A DNA stretch of 32,000 nt from Candidatus Iainarchaeum sp. Its GTDB lineage: Archaea > Iainarchaeota > Iainarchaeia > Iainarchaeales > JAZDEL01. A program made the position numbers and the translations under genes. Positions 15,831 to 22,342 of this stretch are shown piece by piece (within the stretch, counting starts at the first letter, position 1; every line of letters starts with the position of its first letter). The notes under the pieces are model-generated. The model was given only the letters and a program-made list of their open reading frames with translations. It ran no database searches and had not been told where the DNA came from. The stretch is taken from positions 30,001 through 62,000 of the forward strand of contig JAZDEL010000003.1 of assembly GCA_043808785.1 (NCBI GenBank). The letters run 5' to 3'.

Positions 15831-16483
15831 TTGCCCGTTACCGCACCTAATACCTCTTCAAGGGGCAATCTCTGGTATTGCTCCGGAACATTGGGCCTCA
15901 CGGCAAAGCTGTCGTCCGTGATTGCGAATCTTCCGTGCATCCCGGCGACCACCCAGTAATGCGCCCCGCCATTGCTTGTGGTGTTATCGGACGGGTCGTT
16001 TGTCGTGAGGAACAGCAGCACCTTTTCGCCGACTTTAAACTCGGCCTCGCCCTCCGCAATCATGCCATCGTCCCCAACCTGCCCGCCAAGTGTGCGGACA
16101 ACCACACTGGAGGGAACGGAGCCTTTCACGACCTTGTCAACCTGAATAATTATATCCGTATAGATGGAGGCATCGCTTGCCACATCTGTGGGCCGCCCCC
16201 CATCGGGAGTATCCCACTTGCTGGGGAGAATCTCCGTCACACGCCCGATAACCACGCTTTCCGAGTGTTTATTGAGGAAGGAAAGGTCCAATACTTCAGT
16301 GGACCACGTGGGTGAGATTGTCTTTGTCGTGGGCGATATTGATTGTGTCGCCGTTGTTGTGGGTGACATTGGCGGTGTCGCCGTTGTCGGGTCGCCACTT
16401 GTAAAAGCAAATAAAGCGGCAATGCCGACTACAAGCGCGGCCGCCGCAAATCCAGCCAGCCAAACTTTCTTCATATTTTTCAT
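15827..16483 (-). CDS. Membrane-anchored metzincin-partner protein P1b
   Basis: 218 aa with the same architecture as P1a. Its start and stop are offset exactly 1241 nt from those of P1a. Confidence 0.75.
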   Translation of the reverse strand: MKNMKKVWLAGFAAAALVVGIAALFAFTSGDPTTATPPMSPTTTATQSISPTTKTISPTWSTEVLDLSFLNKHSESVVIGRVTEILPSKWDTPDGGRPTDVASDASIYTDIIIQVDKVVKGSVPSSVVVRTLGGQVGDDGMIAEGEAEFKVGEKVLLFLTTNDPSDNTTSNGGAHYWVVAGMHGRFAITDDSFAVRPNVPEQYQRLPLEEVLGAVTGK

Positions 16484-16498
16484 ATATGTGCCTCCTGC

Positions 16499-17071
16499 TC
16501 AGGCCGTCCCATAAATATATTTAATGCCCGCTATGTCGTCGGAGTGTAATGTTCTCTTCTTTGTATTGCCCGTGCTGGTGTAACCATACATTGTCTTTTC
16601 GCTGTTAGACGAGCCGTAAAGGTCGTTCAATTTCAACCAGTGGCCAAACTCATGCGTGGCTTCGTTTTGAACATCATAATAACCGCTTTGGCCGGTTGTA
16701 GACCATTGGTAGTTAGAGTTGAACGTTATTTTAGCCTTGTAAATTCTATGATCTGTGTCTGCATACGTTGTTGACATGGCTACTGTCCCGGCAGGAAGGC
16801 TTTGCTTGTACAGAAAGTTCAACGTCGTCCCAGCTGTCGCAGATTTGACAAAGGCAAATTTTGACCCGGCATTATTCCAGGCAGCGGCGGCACTATTTAT
16901 GGAATTGTACCAACTTGTTGGTATTGAACTATTCCAATAATATGATGCCCCCCATTTCCACCCACTGTAACTGTATGCACTAACAGGCACCGATGCAATT
17001 AAGCAAAATAGTGCCAATAATAGCAGTGCGCCCGTTTTCCTTCCGATGTTTCCATTTCCCATGAAACTCAT
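16499..17071 (-). CDS. Secreted snapalysin/matrixin-like mini-metzincin M1b
   Basis: 190 aa. Signal peptide ...LLLLALFCLIASVPVSA|YSY, with HEFGHWLKLNDLY and TMYGY motifs as in M1a. First gene of the cassette. Confidence 0.8.
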   Translation of the reverse strand: MSFMGNGNIGRKTGALLLLALFCLIASVPVSAYSYSGWKWGASYYWNSSIPTSWYNSINSAAAAWNNAGSKFAFVKSATAGTTLNFLYKQSLPAGTVAMSTTYADTDHRIYKAKITFNSNYQWSTTGQSGYYDVQNEATHEFGHWLKLNDLYGSSNSEKTMYGYTSTGNTKKRTLHSDDIAGIKYIYGTA

Positions 17072-17094
17072 CTATTTATGTAGTATGATTTGAC

Positions 17095-17101
17095 ATTTAA
17101 A
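17095..17101 (-). promoter_or_regulatory. Candidate TATA box (TTTAAAT) for the metzincin cassette
   Basis: Minus strand reads AAGTTTAAATGTCAAATCATACTACATAAATAG-ATG. The box centre is about 27 nt upstream of ATG 17071, which suggests a leaderless transcript. Confidence 0.45.
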
Positions 17102-17228
17102 CTTATCTTTGAAAACGGCTTTGCGTATTTGTTTAAGAAGCAGCGGTTCTATGCCAGGCTTCAGGGCAAAAGATGCCCTTGCAGGGGCTACAGCCCCGAC
17201 ATCCATCTCCACGCCATGGTGCGAAAAA

Positions 17229-18020
17229 CTAGTACCTCTCCCTTATTCCGCCTTCCCTGCGCCCGCCGCCGAACCTGCCCCCGCCCCTTGAGCCGAAACC
17301 CCTGTCGTCCCTGTCCCTGCCGAACCTTCCGCCTCTCCTGTCCCCGTCACGCCCCCTGCGCTCATGCCTCTCCATCGCTTCCTCCCTTTCCCCTTCCTTC
17401 ATCTTGTACTCGAAATCCTCGAGGCTCTTTGTGAATTCCGCATCGGACTTTATGGTTCCGCGGTTCTTCAAATACTCCCTGGCAAGGAGCCAGTAAATAA
17501 GCGCAAGGCTTTTCCTCCCCTTGTTGTTCACGGGCACGGCCAAATCCGCGTTCCTTATCGAATTATTCGTGCTCGCAAGCACAACAACAGGAATCTTGAC
17601 CCTTGTCGCTTCCGATATCGCCTGCTCGTCGGGCTCGGGTTCCGTAACAATAATCACGCCAGGCTCGATGAAGCCCTTTGCCCTCGGGTTCGTGAACAGC
17701 CCCGGCACGAACCTGCCAGTAACCGCCCTTGCCCCGATGGCTTCGGCAAACTGCCTTACAGGTTCCCTGCCGTAAAGCCTTTTTGAAACCGCAACAATCT
17801 TCGAGGGTTCGAACTGCGAAATAAAGTTGGCAGCTGCGCGCACCCTTGCATCAAGCACCTGCACATCAAGCACATTCAGGCCGTCCTTCCTTACCTTGTA
17901 AATGTACTTCCTCATGTCCCCCGCCTTGAACTTTGTGCCTATGTGGGCGCCAGTCTTCAGGTAGATGTCCACATCTACCAATGTGTCCTGCTTCTTTGCC
18001 TCAGCGGTTTCTTCAGCCAT
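17229..18020 (-). CDS. rps2: 30S ribosomal protein S2 (uS2) with Arg/Gly-rich (RGG) C-terminal tail
   Basis: The core (YLKTGAHIGTKF...VIIVTEPEPDEQAISEATRVKIPVVVLASTNN) is uS2. The last ~47 aa are RGG/RD-rich. ATG at 18020; the track start at 18029 is GTG. Confidence 0.9.
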   Translation of the reverse strand: MAEETAEAKKQDTLVDVDIYLKTGAHIGTKFKAGDMRKYIYKVRKDGLNVLDVQVLDARVRAAANFISQFEPSKIVAVSKRLYGREPVRQFAEAIGARAVTGRFVPGLFTNPRAKGFIEPGVIIVTEPEPDEQAISEATRVKIPVVVLASTNNSIRNADLAVPVNNKGRKSLALIYWLLAREYLKNRGTIKSDAEFTKSLEDFEYKMKEGEREEAMERHERRGRDGDRRGGRFGRDRDDRGFGSRGGGRFGGGRREGGIRERY

Positions 18021-18065
18021 CGTAATCACTTTTCCCTCTCAGTTCCAAAAATCACGCTTCCCAAA

Positions 18066-18260
18066 TCACACCTTGTATTTCGCAATCTCGTCCATCAAAT
18101 CCACGTGCGCGAATATCGTGCGCCTGCAGCAGTATTTCTCGACCCCAAGTTCGCTCAGGACCTTGTCCGCACTCTCCTTTTTCTGTACCCTGCGTAGGTA
18201 TTCCTCGTACTCCTGCGCCACTACCCTTCCGCATGAAAAGCACCTTACTGGAACAATCAT
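18066..18260 (-). CDS. rpoN: DNA-directed RNA polymerase subunit N (Rpo10)
   Basis: 64 aa. MIVPVRCFSCGRVV...YCCRRTIFAHVDL is the Rpo10 signature. GGTGAT lies 5 nt upstream of the ATG. Confidence 0.9.
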   Translation of the reverse strand: MIVPVRCFSCGRVVAQEYEEYLRRVQKKESADKVLSELGVEKYCCRRTIFAHVDLMDEIAKYKV

Positions 18261-18295
18261 TTTTCATCACCTCTCACAAAAAACCAAATATCCGG

Positions 18296-18363
18296 AATAA
18301 AAAACACAAAAAACAAAAATCGGGTTTTGTTGGTTTTTGGTTCGGTTTGCTTTTCGGCAAACC
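18296..18363 (-). terminator. Hairpin (GGTTTGC-6 nt-GCAAACC) followed by oligo-T runs between rps9 and rpoN
   Basis: 7-bp stem at 18344-18363. On the minus strand it is followed by GATTTTTGTTTTTTGTGTTTTTTATT. Oligo-T tracts are typical archaeal termination signals. Confidence 0.4.
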
Positions 18364-18416
18364 AAAAAACCAAACCATCCAACGGCGTTTTGTTTTTTAT
18401 TTTTGTTTTCCAATCT

Positions 18417-18986
18417 TCACCTCTTGCTTTTTTGTTTTTTCTTCCTCGCTTTTGTTCCCAGCGGCTTCTTTGGTTCGGTCCTGCGCGAGTCATCCACAAG
18501 CAGGAGCCTGTCGTACTTAAGCATCGCAATCCTGAGTTTGTCGTTCTTCCTGAATTCAAGCAGCGCCTTCGCAATCGCGCCGCGTGCAGCCGCAGCCTGC
18601 GCCATCGAGCCCCCGCCCCTTGCCGTTACCGTAATATCCACCTCTTTCGGCAAAGGTTCCGCCATCTCCAGGGGTTCCATTATAAATTCCCTGATATATG
18701 CCGGCTCCACAATCGCAAGGCTGCGCTTGTTTATCCTCACCTTTCCCGTGCCCCTCTTTATGACCGCCCTCGCAACCGCGGTTTTCTTTTTCGCCTTTGT
18801 CGTTATCCCGCGCGCCCTGCTTTTTTTCTTTTCGGGCTTTTTCCCTTCCGCAGCGGGCTTCTCAACTGGCTTTTGCGCCTCCTTTCCCGCCGCTTTCTCG
18901 GTCTCCGCTGTCCGCGCCTTCTCGGCCTCTGCAGCCTGCGCCTTGGCAGCAGCTTCAACAGGCATAACATTTTCCTCATCCATCAT
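18417..18986 (-). CDS. rps9: 30S ribosomal protein S9 (uS9) with Ala/Lys/Glu-rich N-terminal extension
   Basis: The C-terminal 130 aa (AVARAVIKRGTGKVRINKRS...GGGSMAQAAAARGAIAKALL...DSRRTEPKK) are uS9. An N-terminal low-complexity stretch of ~55 aa precedes them. ATG at 18986; the track start is GTG. Confidence 0.9.
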   Translation of the reverse strand: MMDEENVMPVEAAAKAQAAEAEKARTAETEKAAGKEAQKPVEKPAAEGKKPEKKKSRARGITTKAKKKTAVARAVIKRGTGKVRINKRSLAIVEPAYIREFIMEPLEMAEPLPKEVDITVTARGGGSMAQAAAARGAIAKALLEFRKNDKLRIAMLKYDRLLLVDDSRRTEPKKPLGTKARKKKQKSKR

Positions 18987-19013
18987 CCTCACCGTTTCCG
19001 CCCATTTCCAAAA

Positions 19014-19586
19014 TCAAAACTTCGCACCGAGAACCTTTGAAATTTCCCCGATTTCAAGGAACCTGTCCGAATTGTTCTGCGCAGGTTCAATTGTCTCGCC
19101 CTTGCCCTCGGGAACGAACGAAGGCTTCCCCATGTATGATTTCAGCCTCCTGAAAGCATTGATGCCCCTCTCTTTCTTGTGCGGAAGCATCCCGCGCACA
19201 GCGCGCCTGACAATCCTGTCCGGCATCCTGCTCATCTTCGGGCTGAAGTGCGGGTTGCCCTTCCTCCTGAGCGTGCGCCTCTTTGCGAACTTTGCAAGTA
19301 TGAAATCCCTTCCCCCGACTATCACGGCTTTCTCCGCGTTGAAAATCGTTATGCTCTCCCCGTTCAGCAGCCTCTTTGCAACTGCCGAAGCCATGCGCCC
19401 GAGCACGAGGTTCTCGGCATCTATGAAAACTTCCCGCCCTTTCTCGGCGCCCTTTCTCGCCCCAGCGCCCTTTGCCTCCCCCCTTTCCGCTGCGCTCCTT
19501 GCAGCGCGCCTTTCCGTGCCCGCCCTGTGCTGAAGCCTGGCATCCTTGCCTAAAGGTTTCCTGAATTTCCTTCTCCTCGGGCCCAT
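19014..19586 (-). CDS. rpl13: 50S ribosomal protein L13 (uL13) with basic N-terminal extension
   Basis: IDAENLVLGRMASAVAKRLLNGESITIFNAEKAVI...RAVRGMLP matches uL13. An extra ~50 aa of R/K/A/G-rich sequence sits at the N-terminus. Confidence 0.9.
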   Translation of the reverse strand: MGPRRRKFRKPLGKDARLQHRAGTERRAARSAAERGEAKGAGARKGAEKGREVFIDAENLVLGRMASAVAKRLLNGESITIFNAEKAVIVGGRDFILAKFAKRRTLRRKGNPHFSPKMSRMPDRIVRRAVRGMLPHKKERGINAFRRLKSYMGKPSFVPEGKGETIEPAQNNSDRFLEIGEISKVLGAKF

Positions 19587-19592
19587 AACAAA

Positions 19593-19961
19593 TCACTTCG
19601 CTATAAGTATCTCCGACTTCTTCACCTTTTCTTTCACAAGTTCGCCGAGCGAAACCGCTTTTCCCTTCGCCGCCTCTATTTTCTTCCTCGCGCTTTCCGA
19701 GAACTCCAGCGCGGCAACCCTCATTCCCTCCGCCGCGTCACCTGTCCCGAGCACCTTTCCCGGCACAACCATAAATTTTCCCGCAGCCTTTTTCGAGAGC
19801 TTGGAAAGTTCCCAGAGGTTCTTCGAGGCGCGCGCCCTGCTGCTGCACGAGAGCATTTCCGCAAGCGTGCGCCACACGTCCTCCTTCCTCTCCTTCCCGC
19901 ACTTGTCAAGCGCAACTATGGTGTGCCTTGTGCTTTCCTTTGTAGGGCCTGTCCTCTTCAT
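19593..19961 (-). CDS. rpl18e: 50S ribosomal protein L18e
   Basis: 122 aa. VVPGKVLGTG...VAALEFSESARKKIEAAKG matches L18e. Conserved L18e-L13-S9 order. GGTGAT precedes the ATG. Confidence 0.85.
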   Translation of the reverse strand: MKRTGPTKESTRHTIVALDKCGKERKEDVWRTLAEMLSCSSRARASKNLWELSKLSKKAAGKFMVVPGKVLGTGDAAEGMRVAALEFSESARKKIEAAKGKAVSLGELVKEKVKKSEILIAK

Positions 19962-20008
19962 TCAAAATCACCGCAAATGCGCGCAGCAGCGCGCTGTTTC
20001 TTTTGCCA

Positions 20009-20031
20009 ACTTTTCTTTTGTAAAGAAAAGT
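20009..20031 (-). other. Perfect 10-bp AT-rich hairpin abutting the tRNA 3' end
   Basis: Minus strand reads ACTTTTCTTT-ACA-AAAGAAAAGT immediately after the discriminator base. A GCGCGC-TGCT-GCGCGC hairpin follows at 19978-19993. Confidence 0.5.
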
Positions 20032-20173
20032 TGCAGGGGACAGGATTCGAACCTGCGAAGGCACTGAGCCACGGGATTTCCAAAAAATTTTTCATAACCA
20101 TCGTTTTCCGCCCCTTTTTCCAGCAAAAAATTTCTCTTAAGTCCCGCCCGTTTAGCCGCTCCGGCACCCCTGC
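20032..20173 (-). tRNA. tRNA-Leu (anticodon UAA) with a 58-nt intron at the canonical 37/38 position (intron 20078-20135)
   Basis: Hand fold: acceptor GCAGGGG/CCCCTGC plus discriminator A; 3-bp D stem with a GG loop; anticodon stem CGGGA/UCCCG with loop CUUAAGA; long variable arm (class II); T arm GCAGG-TTCGAAT-CCTGT. Exons are 38 + 46 nt. Confidence 0.85.
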
Positions 20174-20188
20174 AGCCTTTTCGGAGCG

Positions 20189-20197
20189 TATTTCAAA
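20189..20197 (-). promoter_or_regulatory. Possible TATA-like element (TTTGAAATA) upstream of tRNA-Leu
   Basis: Lies about 20 nt upstream of the mature 5' end. The match is weak and the spacing is slightly short. Confidence 0.25.
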
Positions 20198-20262
20198 ACC
20201 TTTGGTTTTGAATTCACTTCCAAAAGCCTGGGGAAAACTTTAGCCTTTTCCATAACACTCCA

Positions 20263-21021
20263 TCAAATCTTTCCTAACTCCTTCCTGAATTCCTTTGCCT
20301 TCTCCGCGAGGCTGTCAAGCGCGTCCTCAAGAATCTCCGAAACATCCATGTTGCCGTGGCTGTCTATTGTCATTGTGAAACTTCCCGAATCGTACTCCAG
20401 CGCAAGCACGCCCTTCTCGCACGCGTCCCTGCACTTGCCGCACAGGTCGCAGAGAGTGCCGTCCTTAAGCACAACCTTTCCGCCCTTTATTTCAAGCGCA
20501 CCCTTTGCGCAGTTCTCCACGCACGCCTTGCACATGCTGCACCCTCTCCCAATCTCTATGCTCGGCAATTCCGCATACCCTATTGATGCGGGCTGCCATT
20601 TCACGTGCTCCTTTCCCGTGCCTGCAACAGCGGACAGTTCAAGCTTCACCTTTTGCCCCTTTGCAAGCTTCACTATCGGAATCTTCTTTGCAACAACCTC
20701 TATTTTCGGGTCAGTGCTCTTAATGTCCTTCGAGTAAACCGTGCACGGCCCCTCTTTCTCAAGCAAAAGTTTTGCCTTGTCCCCTTTCTTAAAATCCTTT
20801 GCACCGCTTTTCAGCGGAATAAGCCCGAGCCTGTGGCTCATGAATTCGTCGAAAAGGACCGATGAATTTTCGTAAATGGAAACATCCTCTATCGCAAGCA
20901 CAGGCACATAGCCCATTGCCGCGCGCCTGAGCGAGTTTATCATTGCGGTGTCCGTGCCGGTAATCAGGAGTTTTGTTATGTTATTTTTCTCTGAAATTTT
21001 CTTCACTTCAACCATGTGCAT
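20263..21021 (-). CDS. rpoD: DNA-directed RNA polymerase subunit D (Rpo3) with ferredoxin-like 2 x CX2CX2CX3C insertion
   Basis: 252 aa. INSLRRAAMGYVPVLAIEDV is the Rpo3 dimerisation domain. CSMCKACVENC and CDLCGKCRDAC are two full 4Fe-4S motifs. The second ATG (21015) has better SD spacing. Confidence 0.9.
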   Translation of the reverse strand: MHMVEVKKISEKNNITKLLITGTDTAMINSLRRAAMGYVPVLAIEDVSIYENSSVLFDEFMSHRLGLIPLKSGAKDFKKGDKAKLLLEKEGPCTVYSKDIKSTDPKIEVVAKKIPIVKLAKGQKVKLELSAVAGTGKEHVKWQPASIGYAELPSIEIGRGCSMCKACVENCAKGALEIKGGKVVLKDGTLCDLCGKCRDACEKGVLALEYDSGSFTMTIDSHGNMDVSEILEDALDSLAEKAKEFRKELGKI

Positions 21022-21039
21022 TCCTCCTTTTCACGGGCC

Positions 21040-21426
21040 TCAGCTGCCCTTCTTGCTCCTGAACTTTTTCTTTCTCCTGCAGCCGTCGTGCGGCATAGGC
21101 GTGACGTTCTCTATGCTCCTCACCCTTAGGCCGTTCCTGTTCAGCGACATTATCGCCGCCTCCGCCCCAGCGCCAGGAGAGCGGCTCCTTATCCCGCCCT
21201 GGCCCCTTACCTTCACAAACACATCCGTAATCCCGCGCTCCCTTGCCTTGTCGGCGATGTTCTCTATTATTTTCATTGCCGCGTAAGGGCTGCCTTCCTT
21301 GTGCTGCGCCTTGACAATTATTCCGCCCGAGCACTTCGCTATTGTCTCCGCCCCTGTTACGTCCGTGAGCAGCACTATTGTGTTGTTCGGCGAAGCATAT
21401 ATATGCACGACACCTGTCTTGCCCAT
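21040..21426 (-). CDS. rps11: 30S ribosomal protein S11 (uS11)
   Basis: GVVHIYASPNNTIVLLTD...SPYAAMKIIENIADKARERGI...VKVRG matches uS11. ATG at 21426; the GTG at 21432 abuts the rps4 stop. Confidence 0.9.
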   Translation of the reverse strand: MGKTGVVHIYASPNNTIVLLTDVTGAETIAKCSGGIIVKAQHKEGSPYAAMKIIENIADKARERGITDVFVKVRGQGGIRSRSPGAGAEAAIMSLNRNGLRVRSIENVTPMPHDGCRRKKKFRSKKGS

Positions 21427-21428
21427 AA

Positions 21429-22274
21429 TCACATCCCTGCCTTCCCTTCGTCGGTTTCATCCGCAGTTCCGGGGAAACCTATAATCTCTTCCTTCTCCGG
21501 CTTCGCGCCGGGAATGTCGGAAGGAACTGTTTCGTCCTCCGCGCTTGTTACTTTCGTGGCTTCCCCCGTGCCAGCTTCATCATCCGCACTCGCGGCCCCA
21601 TCTGCAGCCTTCGCGCTTTCCTTCCCGCCGGCTTTAGCATCGGCCTTCCCTTCCTCAGCAGTGCCCGAGCCCCTGCCGCCCTCCGCAGCAATCGCCTCGG
21701 CTTCCGCAGCGCTCCCCGCATGGGCATTGAGGCCGTGCTTTCCCGCGTGCAGTTTCTTTATCAGCTTTGCATCTTCCTTTTTTTCAAGCTTTATTTTCAT
21801 GGGCTTCCCGAAGTATGAAATCTTGCCCTCTTCGTCGCGCAGCACTATGTAACCCGGGCAGTTTACCTTTTTCCCGTTTATTGCAATGTGCCCGTGCGCT
21901 ATGAATTGCCTCGCCTGCTCAATTGTGTTTGCGAGGTTCTTCCTCCACACCATTGTCTGCATCCTTCTCTCGAGCAGTTCCTTAACCGTAAGCCCCAGCA
22001 CGTCGTCAAGCGTTGCGCCCTGCTTCAGCAGCCCCATCCTGTCAAGGCTGAGCATAAGGACACGCTGCCTTTCCTCGCGCTTCTCCGCGCCGAGCGCAAG
22101 CAGCTTCCTCGCGTTCTCCCTCTTCTTCCTGAGTATTGTCTCTATCCTGCGCAGTTCCCTCTTGTTCTTCAGGCCGTATTCCGTTAGCAGTACCCTTTCC
22201 CTCTCAAACCTGTTCTTGTCCCACCTCTTCCTCGGGACCGTGTACTGCTTCTTCAGCCTTCTTGAGCCAGCCAT
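21429..22274 (-). CDS. rps4: 30S ribosomal protein S4 (uS4) with ~105-aa acidic/Ala-rich C-terminal tail
   Basis: MAGSRRLKKQYTVPRKRWDK...S4 domain (LERRMQTMVWRKNLANTIEQARQFIAHGHIAINGKKV), followed by a low-complexity A/E/G/D/K tail. ATG at 22274. Confidence 0.9.
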   Translation of the reverse strand: MAGSRRLKKQYTVPRKRWDKNRFERERVLLTEYGLKNKRELRRIETILRKKRENARKLLALGAEKREERQRVLMLSLDRMGLLKQGATLDDVLGLTVKELLERRMQTMVWRKNLANTIEQARQFIAHGHIAINGKKVNCPGYIVLRDEEGKISYFGKPMKIKLEKKEDAKLIKKLHAGKHGLNAHAGSAAEAEAIAAEGGRGSGTAEEGKADAKAGGKESAKAADGAASADDEAGTGEATKVTSAEDETVPSDIPGAKPEKEEIIGFPGTADETDEGKAGM

Positions 22275-22342
22275 AAAAAACACACCCACTCCATCGGGTT
22301 CGCAGGGTTATTTCCCCTTCGCACCCTTCGAGGCATCGGGTT

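Larger units (their letters stand above)
14586..17071 (-). repeat. Tandem duplication (2 x 1241 nt) of the metzincin + partner gene pair
   Basis: All four gene boundaries of copy A map to copy B at +1241 nt. A perfect 125-nt tract (15199-15323 = 16440-16564) and a perfect 68-nt tract (15597-15664 = 16850-16917) were read by eye. Confidence 0.9.

Noticed and set aside
17105-17228. Possible tRNA or small RNA in the rps2-metzincin spacer (GGTTCTATGCC resembles a T-loop).
   Set aside because: No acceptor or T stem can be paired around it. The two hairpins present are more simply read as rps2 terminator structures.
20078-20135. Box C/D guide sRNA inside the tRNA-Leu intron, by analogy with the haloarchaeal tRNA-Trp intron.
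   Set aside because: No RUGAUGA box C or CUGA box D is present, only partial resemblances (GAUGG, AUGA).
19923-20243. Track ORFs 19923-20243 (+) and 19958-20167 (-) in the rpoD-rpl18e spacer.
   Set aside because: They overlap the hand-folded tRNA-Leu and its intron. No protein motifs are present.
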